A DNA stretch of 64,000 nt from a virus. Position 1 is the stretch's first letter. Every line of letters starts with the position of its first letter. Below are positions 1 to 12,400 of the stretch, in pieces. The notes below the pieces were generated by a model. The model saw only the letters and a program-made list of their open reading frames with translations, had not been told where the DNA came from and searched no databases. The stretch is from IMG/VR virus record IMGVR_UViG_3300030060_004280, positions 40,995-104,994 of that record; one strand, given 5' to 3'. The position numbers and the translations under genes are program-made.

Positions 1-695
1 GTGTTAATACCCTCCGTTCCTCCATCACTAACCCTGTTGCTCGCCAAAGCACCCAATGATAACGGAGCCATGTATCGAACAGAAGGAGGCAAGAATATGC
101 GCTTATCATTTATCTCTTGAATATCAACAGAATGGTTACCTGTTCCTCCGCCCTTAACTCTTACAATCGCGAGAACTATTGTTTTCATGTTACTTTGAGC
201 AACACCTGTATTGTAATCTGTTAGATACGCCGAAGGTGCAACGGGATAAAAACCGTTAGTGGCATTGACCGGACCGCCACCTTCGTAGTGAACTTTCGCC
301 TCACCACCTGCTGATGCAACATACACTACATAGAGCGCTTCTTCGGATGCTGATGTTAACTGAACGCCACCATTACCGTCTGTTCCATCTCCTAAAACAA
401 GAGTAGCGCTACCGCCCGGACCATTTGCAAACTCATACAATACACCATCAAGAGCGACATAACCTCCTGTTACTGTCAATGTATGTCCGCTTGCTTTCAC
501 CATAGCGCCCGGTTGTGAGTTAGTAGCGTTGCGCGTTGAACCATATGCACCATCTTCTAATCGGAGAATGCCATTACCGTGAAGTCCTTGTAGCGCATTT
601 GTTAAAGTCGCTGTTGATAATGCGTCACCATCTCTTAACCCGTCTGCTCCAAGCGTATTCTGCGCGGCTGTGTGTCCCGATAAACTGTCTGTCAT
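1..695 (-). CDS. Virion tail/baseplate structural protein, truncated by the window edge (not in ORF track)
   Basis: ATG at 695, just after the stop of the upstream gene, opens a frame MTDSLSGHTAAQNTLGADGLRDGDALSTATLTNALQGLHGNGILRLEDG...LTVTGGYVALDGVLY... that runs without a stop to the window start. Gly/Thr-rich beta-type composition; last gene of the tail cluster. Confidence 0.7.
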   Translation of the reverse strand, partial: MTDSLSGHTAAQNTLGADGLRDGDALSTATLTNALQGLHGNGILRLEDGAYGSTRNATNSQPGAMVKASGHTLTVTGGYVALDGVLYEFANGPGGSATLVLGDGTDGNGGVQLTSASEEALYVVYVASAGGEAKVHYEGGGPVNATNGFYPVAPSAYLTDYNTGVAQSNMKTIVLAIVRVKGGGTGNHSVDIQEINDKRIFLPPSVRYMAPLSLGALASNRVSDGGTEGIN

Positions 696-697
696 AA

Positions 698-1045
698 TTA
701 ATCCAACTCCAATATGAATGAGAAACGCACTTCATTCTGTGCGCTCTTATTGAATCCATTTATATCTGCGCGATAAACAGGCACAAACTCACCCGTCGAT
801 GGGTCTTTGTATTGCAAATATATTTCTTTAATAGGTGAAGAATAAACATGCGAAGTGTTGAAACTGCCTTCAACCAATACGCTGTTATCATCAATAATAG
901 TAACGGTAGGTGACACCCGCGCTAAGGTTCGTGCGCCTCCATCATCGGCTGATGCTACCGTTCCATCACTACCTATGTGTAATTCATTCACAAGCCCTGC
1001 AAGAGTTTCAACAAGTCTTCTCTTGATGCTGTTTAGTATCGGCAT
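698..1045 (-). CDS. Small baseplate/tail-associated protein
   Basis: 115 aa, beta-strand pattern (LHIGSDGT...IKEIYL...FNKSAQNEVRFSFILE) like small baseplate or tail-fibre anchoring domains. Start coupled to the upstream stop. Confidence 0.55.
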   Translation of the reverse strand: MPILNSIKRRLVETLAGLVNELHIGSDGTVASADDGGARTLARVSPTVTIIDDNSVLVEGSFNTSHVYSSPIKEIYLQYKDPSTGEFVPVYRADINGFNKSAQNEVRFSFILELD

Positions 1046-1632
1046 TATGCTACCCTCCGCGCTACAAAGTCATCTCCATCATAAATTAATCTATTATCGT
1101 CATAATCAACAGGCACTACATGTTCTAAGTGTTCCGGTAAGATTCTCTTGCGGGATATTTGAGGGCGAGTGTGCCATTTCACCTTATCTCGCCCTTGTGC
1201 AAACTCTTTATCTTCTGTTATTTTACCTGCCGGTCGAGTCTTGATGCCTATTATCGCTTTTCTATCTCTTCTTTCATCATCTGTCACTCCACCCCAAGTG
1301 TCTTTGAACCATTCACCCGCTAAAAGAGGATTACCTTGAGTGGACCATTCGCCATGTTCTTCTGCCAAGTCAGCCCATTGTTTATTCGACAATTTGTTTC
1401 TTCCGAAACTCCATATAGCGGGGTCTGTTGAACCTGTGTATCTATCAAGTATATTTTTATCTTGCAGGGAAGAAGGTGCGCGAGGCTCTATGCCCTCCAT
1501 TAATGTCTGTTGAACTGCACTCATTGGAATTGTTCTGTATGCTTGAAATTGGTTGTCATCTTGACTGAATGGCCTTACCCTCATAGCATCGTCACCCTTG
1601 AGAAATACCCAAGCGATTTCTATTGGTGACAT
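1045..1632 (-). CDS. Putative ADP-ribosyltransferase-fold (Tpt1/KptA-like) protein with N-terminal AWxxLK leader
   Basis: AYRTIPMSAVQQTLMEGIEPR resembles the ART-fold opening pattern (LYHGT...l..Il.eGL.P). RKRILPEHLEHV resembles the closing IPPe.I strand. N-terminus is MSPIEIAWVFLKG. Confidence 0.4.
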   Translation of the reverse strand: MSPIEIAWVFLKGDDAMRVRPFSQDDNQFQAYRTIPMSAVQQTLMEGIEPRAPSSLQDKNILDRYTGSTDPAIWSFGRNKLSNKQWADLAEEHGEWSTQGNPLLAGEWFKDTWGGVTDDERRDRKAIIGIKTRPAGKITEDKEFAQGRDKVKWHTRPQISRKRILPEHLEHVVPVDYDDNRLIYDGDDFVARRVA

Positions 1633-3413
1633 TACAATCTTCTCCTTTGTTTTAACGCTTTGACTGTGCCTATTTCATGACCTCTTGCTCTCAACGATTT
1701 GACTTCAAATGGACCCGAAGGTATAGTTCCGCCACTTGGCGCTACTACACTAATGCCCGTAAAGGTAGTGGGTGTTTTGCCGGTATATACTATGGTAATT
1801 GAATCATTAATGATTAACAATCCCTCCGTTTCATAAAATCCTGTTGTGCCGTTACCGGATATAGTTGTTAATGTATTTGTTCCGCTTGAATACACTCCGG
1901 TTCTTCTTTGCGTATAACCGCTACCGATAGCGCTACGAGTGGTGTTATTCGCATCGGTGTTTCTATGACCGATGATAAACCCTGCGTGGATTTCGCCGCG
2001 CACATTGTTTGGTGTTATACTTTCACCCTCGACTGTAAGTGTTCTATCTTTGAACGATGATACCCTGCGCACTTCGATATACATTTTAGATTTAATTTGA
2101 GCGCGACCAATACCTGTCTTGTTAAGTTGCACGATTTGGCTTGACCTATCCGGCTCTTTTGTTTCAGCACTCATATCTGCATCGTCAGCAAACGCGTTAA
2201 TGACACCTTCAAGTCCACTTTCATAAGAAGCGAATTGAAACTCCGACTCTCCGCTTTGAGTATGTTCGACCTCAATAATAGCCATCTTTTCGTCAACTAC
2301 ACCTACTGCTGATTGCGTGTATGATGCAACTTCTCCCGGCTGTAAATCCCAAGAGCGAGCATGTCTTTTTGATTTAAGCGCACCTTGCGCTTTTCGATTT
2401 AATCTCAACAACTGATTCGCTGAACGCCTTGCTTGTATTTCATCTTTGGCTGTTGGCACTTTAACCTTCATTTGTCGAATACTACCTTCTTTCTTTTGTG
2501 CTTCAACATCATCCACCATCGAGCGTATTGTATCGTTTAGCGCAAATGCCTCACCTTCAACAACTATTCTATTTGCGGCGGCAACAATAGGGTCTGTTGA
2601 AGCGCCTCCTGCGCCTCTTCTTTGTCCTATTTCTCTATCAGTAATTTTGAATAATTTAGGAGAGTAAATGAAATTACCAAACCTGTCATGAAAAATACTG
2701 TAATGGTCGTATCTTGCTATTGCGCGAACTGCACTTGGTATTGGTGTTGAATAGAAATCTTTCGCTACAAATGTGTTACTGTGTCGGTTTCTCATATTGT
2801 CGCCACTAATCGAGTTACTGTTAGTGATAGGCATTCCTACTCCAATACTATTCAAACCGTGTAAAGAGCCTTTGAATAATCTTTGAACAAGGTCTGTTGT
2901 TCTTAACCCAACCGACAAAACCTGTGCCATTCTAACATGAGTTGTGTCACCCATGTCGAAATCTTTGAGTTTTTTACCGCGCATATTTGTAAGGACTACT
3001 TCAACACCATAGGTTGATGAGATGATTCTATCCGCTTTCAATCTAAGATTATCGTCATCTGCGTCTATGAGAAGCGGAGCGAATGATGATGTTGGTGATA
3101 ACAACTGTCCGTTATGGAAAGGTGCAGACTTTCTGTTTGTGTGCGCGACTCTAATACCGGATTCTTGTTCTGCGATAATGTATTTGCGCTGATGAGTTGG
3201 CATAAAATCTGTTTGAGTTGGAGGTTTAATTTTTAATTTATTTAGTTTTACATCCCCAATAGATGATATTTCGTATATGCCATGATGAACTGCGTTATCA
3301 ACAAACTTAGGTTCTTCTATACGCGAGCCAATTTCGTTATGAATAGAGTCGCTTCTGCCGGTAGGTCTTGCAACATATGTCGCGTTAGCAGGAGCAGGTA
3401 TAGTGTAAGTCAT
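1632..3413 (-). CDS. Baseplate hub / tail-tip protein
   Basis: 593 aa. Hub-like segments (NRIVVEG...AQKKEG...ARRSANQLL...WDLQPGEV...IIEVEHT). Located directly downstream of the giant tail protein. Confidence 0.55.
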   Translation of the reverse strand: MTYTIPAPANATYVARPTGRSDSIHNEIGSRIEEPKFVDNAVHHGIYEISSIGDVKLNKLKIKPPTQTDFMPTHQRKYIIAEQESGIRVAHTNRKSAPFHNGQLLSPTSSFAPLLIDADDDNLRLKADRIISSTYGVEVVLTNMRGKKLKDFDMGDTTHVRMAQVLSVGLRTTDLVQRLFKGSLHGLNSIGVGMPITNSNSISGDNMRNRHSNTFVAKDFYSTPIPSAVRAIARYDHYSIFHDRFGNFIYSPKLFKITDREIGQRRGAGGASTDPIVAAANRIVVEGEAFALNDTIRSMVDDVEAQKKEGSIRQMKVKVPTAKDEIQARRSANQLLRLNRKAQGALKSKRHARSWDLQPGEVASYTQSAVGVVDEKMAIIEVEHTQSGESEFQFASYESGLEGVINAFADDADMSAETKEPDRSSQIVQLNKTGIGRAQIKSKMYIEVRRVSSFKDRTLTVEGESITPNNVRGEIHAGFIIGHRNTDANNTTRSAIGSGYTQRRTGVYSSGTNTLTTISGNGTTGFYETEGLLIINDSITIVYTGKTPTTFTGISVVAPSGGTIPSGPFEVKSLRARGHEIGTVKALKQRRRL

Positions 3414-3418
3414 GTCAA

Positions 3419-6400
3419 TCAGTCCAATTCGTTATCGGTTCTATTACTTTCGCTTGTGTGAAGTGCTGTGTTTTGTTTATCACCGGGATAGAGAAGTTGT
3501 GTAAATCGCGGTTGAATTGAATAGTTGTCACTCAAGAATATTTCATCATCTTCTTTGACCGATTGCCTTCTGCTTGCATCTCCACGATAGTGTTGTAGCG
3601 TATTAGAACTTACAGTCATTCTTGCAACAGGTTGCTTGAGTGAAAGCGTAAAAGATGGTGCTTCAAAACCGGGTAACTTCGGACCAAAACTTAGAGGGGT
3701 AGTTTCCGAACCGGCCACATCAAACAAATACACCGGAGGATAAGGAGCATTAGTTGGTGAAGGGTTGGTAGCGCGTAGGAAAGTTGTTTCTGCAAGATTG
3801 GCTTTTGCGTTAGGAGCATCGTAAGTAAAGATACCATATCGCCCTGCGGCTGTTGCGCTTCTAAAGTTGCCTTTATCTGTGCGGAAAATCTCAATGTGCT
3901 TATGGTCGAGAACGCGAACAGGTTTTACCAAGAACTTAATTGATTTATCAATTACATTTGTTTTTGTTGATATAGGGTTATTTGCTGTCGTTTGGTAAGG
4001 ATTGCTACTTCTATTGTTTGCATCTGCACCTGCGCGACCCCATCCTAAATCGCTGATTGGGTCTATGTAAGAAGATACTTCAAGAATGTAAGAGCCGCCA
4101 ATTACAGGAATACCATGCGTTTGTCCGAATCTCATTACTTGTTTATTGGTTGACATATTCATCGCTGTCATATCGTAATCGCTAAGAGTTCGGTCAGTTG
4201 TTTTCACTCCACCTGCTAATATGAAGCGTTGTCCTACCGCGCGGTCGGTATGTAGGCTTACTGCTTCTGTTCCAATGATACCATATTTTTTATCGGTAGT
4301 TCCAATGATAGGCGCATCCAATCCTATTCTCGGTGCAGTTCTTGATATTGGCTCTTGGATAGATTCATTAGCGGGTAAGAATCCTGTTTCTGTTGTTGCT
4401 GTGTTTGAACCCATAGTGGCAGAAGGTTTAATCAATCCATCATCGCTTGATATTTCTAATCTATTACTGATACCGCGAGGCACTTCATAATTTTGTAAAG
4501 TGTCATTTGATGCGCGAATGTAACCGCTTGTGAAAGGTGGTTCGGATGTATGATGAGAGAGAACCAAACCTGTCGGTCGTAACGGGGTGTCGACTGATTG
4601 TAGCAAGTCCTCATTAAATACGGTAGGCCATCGCGCACCTCGTCCATCGCCTCTATCACCGACCCTCTTTGCTGTTGCGGGATTATAGAAATCATTTACT
4701 GCTAACGCCGCACCAATGTTTGACCTTTGCGCTATCATTGCTTCATCACTTACGGTTCTATCAGTTGAATGATATGCGTCTTCCGGGTCCCACGATGGGC
4801 GAATACCAAATCCGCGAACAGGGAAACGACGCACTTCTTCTCCGGTAGTGTTACCCCACCAATCAACCATGTAATGCGCTTGAGCAAGCGCAAGACTGAC
4901 TCTTTGATTGACAACATCTGTGCCTTCAAGACCTGCCGGTGTGTCTGCGTGAAATAATCTAAATCCTGTTGTTGGATTAACAATATTTCGTAAAGCGCAA
5001 CCAAACGATTTTGTCATTCTGCGACCTTGACTGTATCTTACTTGCTGTCCCTTCAAATCGCTACCAATCAGCGCGCTTGCATTAGTGTGACGCTCAAGTA
5101 TGCCTGTGTATGAAGCGGTATATGGTGCTTCACTAACTCCCGACGCGCTATCCGATTCAGTAAATGTGCTACCCGACCCTGTTTCTTGAGATACAAACGG
5201 ACCATCAAGGTTAAAGTGATAAGAAGCGTAAGGGTCACGCAATCCTTGACCTCCTTTGATAGCCCATTTAGGTCGGTTGTAAGGTTGTCTAACTGATACA
5301 CGATAACCTACACCAACACGGCGTTTTGTTTCAACACCGACAATAGAATCAGTAAGTGATGTTGGGTCTGTTTCTGCAATAATGAAACCTTGCTCATTCC
5401 CGCTAATTTGTATTGTTCCATCTTTACCACCCCACCCAATACAAGCAGTTCCGTATAATGTCAAATCGCTCATTTGCGCGCCAAAGCGATGACCTCCCGG
5501 CCAAAATGCACCGTAATGATATTGTCGCGGAGAACTCATTGAATCTGTTCCTGCTTGATGTGGATAGTTAGCCGCGTCAGTCCAAGTGTTAACTAACGCA
5601 TCACCCGGACCATCCCAAGCGCGCATACGGAACTTGAATGGTCCATCACTCATAGCGTATATGAAATCTTGATAGTGAACAGTTTCAAAGTGTTCCGGTA
5701 AATGATTGTATGGGGCATGGTCGTAAGAAGGATTATTTGCGCTTGCCCTGTTACTTGTTGAGTCCGAGAACCATGTCATTGGGCGACCAAGATTGTAATG
5801 CCATAAACAAAGATACGCGTCTGCTGTATGTGCTGAATTAGTATCGCGTGTTCCTGTAAGTAGTTGAGGTAAGTTACGAGTAGCAACACTTCTATCGGAT
5901 TTGCTATACACTTCTCCTTCAAGTATAGTAGCGGATGGTCCGGTAAGACGAACAGTTTGATTTTCTGCAAGTTTGCTCCAAACATAAGGTGTAGCAACTA
6001 CGCCCACGAAAACAGTTGTATTCTCTCCTGCATCGGGGTCACTAATGTAACCACGATTAGTATATGAAATGTGATATACAACACCATCTGTGCCTTCAAT
6101 TGCTAATTTATGGTTCTTGTAATCCGAACCAACAAGCGGGAATAACGCATTGTTGTCGACATACAATTTAGTCCCCGATTGGTCGACTCTCTTGATAACA
6201 CATGTCGGTGTTAATGAGGTAAGATATTCAGTATAAACATCAAGATAATGAGTTGGATAACCTGTCATAGTCAGTTGAGAGCCAACACCGCCGAGAGTTG
6301 CGCGACAAAACAAGTAGTAGTCATCGGGATGGTAATATGAAGTTTGCATCCATTTGTTACCCGAAAACACAGTTGATTGGTCGTAAGCGACAGACCACCA

Positions 6401-9400
6401 CGGAACAGTAATAGTTGGACCCGGAGTTGTTCTTCGGAACATATTTGGGTGATATGGCAAACTACGACGCGTGAATGCCCCCGATGAAGAAGCGTTTATT
6501 CCGAATGGATTTTGCAATCCAAGCAAAGGAACATTAGTGAATTGTTCGCGTGTCGATGGGTCTATGTCAAGCATTAACTCATTCAAATATATTTCACAAC
6601 CGCGCACATCTGCCATTGTTGCTTCGGAAAGAATAAGGTCGTATCGGTGTGAAACTCCGTCCCATTGTAGCGATACAACAGTTGCTATAAGTTGGTCTGT
6701 AAGTAATGGCTTTGTTGTTTGCGCAACGCCCGATGAATCAACAGGTGCATTTGTTGAACCAAATACTGTGTTAGCGCTATTACCCATTACTTGTTGACTG
6801 AATAGATTTGGTTGAATTACAATTTGATATGCTCCAACTTCTAACGGGTCGGGGAAGTTCCATGATGTATTGTAATTTGTTCCTATTTCAAGCGCGATTT
6901 TATGTCCTCCTACCGCATTACATTCTGCGCTATCATCAGCAATACCATAACCATCAAATCGGATTTTAGTTTCTGTCATTAAAGTAAAACCGTCGCCATG
7001 AATATCGCTTGGTGGGTGCGGAGAAGTCACTCCCGAAAACCACACAAGAGTATCAGCATGTTGTTCGACATTCGCATATCCTGCCGCTTCTTCTGCTGAT
7101 ATTGTTGAGCCGTTACACATATTATTGCTTGCTGTTATTTGACGATAAGTTGGATGAGCCAAGTGACCGGGCATGATAGCCATAGTTGGTGTAACATAAT
7201 GGTGTCCCATTCGCGGTAATGGCATTGGTGTAAGTTTGTTAGCCGCCCGAACAGCAGTAGCGGGGCTTGCGCTATTAGCAACACCCGCCCAATCAGTAAG
7301 CGGTTTGTCGGGACTGTTACCACTAACTTCTGCATGGTCGCGCAATCTGCGAGCCGCAAAGTGTCGTGTTGTTCCTGCGGGAATGTAGTAAGATGGTTTG
7401 ATTGTATCTCCTGCAATTGCTGTAAAGTCCGGTGCATAGACCACATTGTTCAAAACAGCAAAATCTCCATCATTGACATAACTTTCAAATGTAGCAATTG
7501 TTCCATTTACAGACAAAAAGTATCGTCCATCGCGAGTAGGGTTTTGCAACCATGCTTGCGGCACAGTAATTTGCTCGTTGCATTTCAAAAAATTGCTACC
7601 TATCGTATGAACGGTCAATGGATTGTGAGTCATTACACCATTTACAATACCAAGTGGTTCGCGTTCGGTGTGTGAATAACCCATCTTTGTGATGTGGAAA
7701 TACAATGCGCGGTCATGAGGTTCATATGCGGTCTTTAACAAGTTATCTTCATCAAGACCAAATTGACTATCGGGGAATGTATTAGGGTTGTTACTGATGC
7801 GCTCATAACCTAATTGCTCCCAATAAGGCGCTGTGGTTGGTGTTTTACCGTCGTTTGTAAATGCATTTAATACTGATGCGCTTGGTTGTGCAGGATGTTG
7901 TAATCCACCATCTCCCATTGTTTCATTTTGATACGCTTGTAATCTATCAAAACCACTACGGACAAGAATGTTTGAAGGTATTTCATCATGGTTTGGTAAT
8001 TGTATTTTCATATTAGGCGCTAAGCCGGAATTAGTAAGCGCAGGTGATAATCCCGAACTTTCTCTATCGCTTACTAATTTGTAATCGCGAATAACAACAC
8101 CAAGCGGAGAACCACCTGCAAGAGTATGAGTTTGTCCTGTATCATCAACAACAACCATCTGTTCAAATTGCAACTCTTCATTTGGTATTGCTAAAGCGTT
8201 TCTTATTTCATACGGATATTGTTGCGCTAATGAAGGGTGTGCTAATTCTTGTGCTTGCACGATAGGGAACATTACATTGTTAGTTGTTTCAAATGAAAAG
8301 CGCGTATTACCGTAAATGGTTTCTCCGAACTTGACATAGTTGCCTCCAACTTTATGCACTTGCCACGGTATAGCGCCAAGACCGCGAGCGTTAGGTGCAG
8401 GTAAAGATAAGTTACCACCACTCATTCTCTTCCATACTACATGTTCGACAAAGAAGTTTCGCGCGGCTGAACGACCTACGGGATAATTCAAAACATCAGC
8501 AAGGTGGTCCCCATATGAAGTGTAACCTGTGTTTTGATTGACAAGTCTTTTATTATCAAATAATACTTCGCCTGTATCGCCAATACTATAATTCTTCAAA
8601 CCGGGATTGTGGTCTGCATCATAAAATAAATCACCTGTTGGGAATAGGCAAGTTTCCATTTGGAATAATGATGCTTGTGTTGATTGACTTGTTTGTGCAA
8701 GAGGCGCACCGTCAGTAGGAATAGTTGATGTTGATTCGTGCAACGCTTCGACATGAGGACCTGCATTTGATTCAGCATTGTATCGGTCATTGTTGAATCT
8801 TTCATTGTGGTATGCAACAACTGTTCCTCCCATATCACTCGACGACCATTTCAAAGACAACATATCGCCACATGTGGATTGACCGTTGCGCGAAGCCTTT
8901 GCAATAATAGGTAAATCCCCTTCATACGATATAGCAATGTAATGTCTTTGATGAACTCTCGATGTAGCAGGATGCGCTGATACTGTTGGAACTATTTGAT
9001 AAAGAGCATTTTCAATTCCTCCGTCAGCAGGAACAATTGTCATTTGAATAGAGTTGACTGTATGACATGATTGAGATGGCCCGTATGGATTAAAGCCCGA
9101 AGCGGGTAACCAAGCGCCTAATCCTGCGGCAACTTTAGGTCCGTTATCTGTAATAGTAAGACTGTTAAGATATGAATAACGCTCACCATGCCAACCAACA
9201 GCACCAACAGCGCGAGTTCTGTCGATTGCATCTGTGACACCGTTGAAGTGAACTTGCGTTGCCGCTAAGTGGTCGAATACACTAAGAGTTCTATTATGCA
9301 CTATATCTGCTTCGGATGATACCGTTGTTGCTGAATCGCTACGGAGATTAACTGCGGCTGTTTGGAATCCGTTATCCCATCTTAAATTGCCGGATTTAGA

Positions 9401-12400
9401 CCACACATATACTTGATAACCTCCAAGCGCGGCAGTATTCATTGCCGCTACAACGCTACTTGCTCCTGTTGCTACTGTTGGGTCTTCAAGTTTGTTTGCA
9501 CCACTTCGGAAATTGTTGCCTAAGATGAATGCACCATCACTTCTATGAGAATAATATCCATAGAATGCATTTGTTCCATTACTAACGCGCACCCACCCGT
9601 TAGCAGGTAATGTCGAAGGCATTGTGTCGAAAGGATTTGTGGTGTTAAGAGTGATTACACCTTCAACATCATCGTATGAAGTTATTTCTTGATGTAGTTG
9701 AACCCAACTATATCGGTCTTGTCTTTGCGCATCTTGGAATGAAGGTAAGAAAGAACCACCTATTGCTTTGAGGTTAGCAGGTCCCGGCCATGTATTGATA
9801 GCGGCGGCAACAATAGCGCCTAACTCTTCGCTGTTTTGACAACGAGTAGCGTCTATTACAAATGTGTCAAGTGGTGGTGTAGTGTCCGCATTAGTATCAT
9901 ACCCTGTTGCTACTGCCGCGCCAACACGGAACATAGTTGCATTGAGTCCTGTTATAATTGGTTGAGAGTTCCATGTAAGTGTTTGCGAACTCGCAACAGT
10001 CGCGCCTGTTGTTGGGTGTGGAGGGTTTTTGCGAATTGTGTTGTCAAACCAAGAGCCACCCGGCGAATATCCTCCGTCAAGATGGAATATTAATCTGTTT
10101 ATTTTATCGGGATTTACGGTGATACCTTTACCGAAGAATCTTGTTAACGCTTGATAATGAGAATATGGATGCGCTGTTGGTGGTGCGGCTGAATCAACAG
10201 AAGAAGGACTACCAAAATGGTTTGATACATTGCGAGAATAATTGAATAATGTTTGATTGTAATTACTATTAGCGAACCCAAGTGGAGTTTCCCAATGTCT
10301 AAACGCTTTACCCGGATATACATTATTTGCACCATAAGCGTCAGTAGGAGGTAATAATTGATTAGCCGCGCTATCAAGAGTTCCGTTATGTAATTCGTTA
10401 GGTAGTAAGTGGCCTGTATCTGTATGAGCCGAGAAAATGAAAGAAGTTGACCCATTTGATACAGCATATGTTTTTGCGGCAACAGTCCATTTACCCGAAG
10501 GTTCAGTTGATGTTTCCATTGATTGACTTTCACCTTTCCAATGCTTAGGTGCGGCTTGCCCCGGACCAAATATAACATACGCTACGCTATTATTGCTATC
10601 TGTATATCGCGCGTATGGATGTGCAAAGCGTAGTATGATTGGAGAAGGTTTGACAACTTTGACATTTGTGTAAGTTGCACCGACACCTGTATGGCTGTTA
10701 GCATTACCATCCATATCAGTAGCAAGAATAGCATCTTGATTAGCAAACGGAGGAACTGTTGAGCCGCGCATTTGGTCGCAAAGCGGAGTTCCGGGGAACA
10801 TAGCAAACATAGCGGCAGAATCAAGAAGGGCAAACGACCCCATTTTTTCTCCGATATTCTGCATACCCGCACATCCCGTTGGTCCGCTTGCGTAAGGATG
10901 TTCATTATGTGTAGTGTAATCAATACGCGCACCATCGTTAATATCCATAGTAGCACCACTAAAACCGCCACCAAAGTAAAGCGGCACACTATGGTCGACA
11001 CTATCATGCGCGCCACGGAAATATGTCAAAGGTTCACCAATAGTGTTACCGGATAACCTCAAACCGCTAAATCGAGCATGGTCGTCTGTTTTGAACTCTT
11101 GACTGTATATTGTCATGTAATTTGATTTAATACCTTTAGGGTATTGTCCTTGTAGCGGTTCAGTCCAATTCTCCGACCCATCTTCTGTCTTCATTAAGAA
11201 GCAATCTTTAACCGGATATACCAAAATTGATTCATCAGCATAATACAATGTTTTAGGCTCAACCCATGATATATCATGAGCGCCACCAAATGTATCTGTT
11301 GCCGCAGTAGTATGAGTGTAGTTGTCACTTGTCACAGCACCATAGCGATGAGTCCATGCGTATTCACGCCCTAATGGACCCGCACGATAAGTTTGGCCGA
11401 CCCATCCATTATTACATCGTATTCTTTGTCGCGGTATTTCTGTTCCATCATCAACAAATACTTTTGCATATCCTGTAATTTCTTGTATAACGACGCGCGC
11501 ATTATTAACTTTTGAAACAAGTAATGATGCGTCATTTCCACCACCCGATACTGCGAGTGTTTCACCATTAAGATAATGATTTGTCCCCCAATCCATAATT
11601 TCAGCAACGCTTGTTATCCCACCATCACCATCGGTGTTAACTTGAATTTGAGCATTTGAACCACTACCGCCTGTTAGTGTGTATGTCACGCTTGAATCAT
11701 ATCCTGTTCCTGTTGCAACTTCGTTAATTTTTACTTTACCATTAGTGCCTCCGCTAATAGTTAAAATCTGTTCTGCGCTATACCCATTACCTGCTGATAC
11801 GGGGGTTTCATCTAATTCTGCGATTACCCCATCTCTAATAATAACGGCTGTTAATTTGAAACCACTACCACTACCGCCTGTGAATGTTATAACATCACCC
11901 GTCGCGTGACCCGAACCTGTGTTTGTAAATAAATAACCATCAACTTGTCCGCCTCCTATTGTGCCTTGAATGAATACTGATGCATCTATACCGCTACCTG
12001 TTGATGATGATTGAGTAACTGTGTCACCCGATGCGTAACCCGTTCCTGCGTTGTTAATTGCGCTTGTTCCTAATGCACCATTTTTGATAGCAGTTATTTT
12101 AACAACAGCACCGTTACCGCTACCTCCTGTTGTAGCATGATTTCCAACTGTGTAACCGTAACCTTGATTCAATGCAAGATAACCAAATGGTTTTGAACTA
12201 ATCAAATTAACTTGGCCGCGAACTATAAGAGAGTAATTGTAAATGTATGCGTTATTTCCTATTGAATATGAATGTCCTATTTTTGTTACTTCACCTACAC
12301 CTCTAAATGGATTACCGTATCTAAATCGGCCTCCTTGTCCTTCTTTATCCATAGTAACTTCTGCACCTACACCGGAACCGCTTATGTTTTCAAGTTTGTA

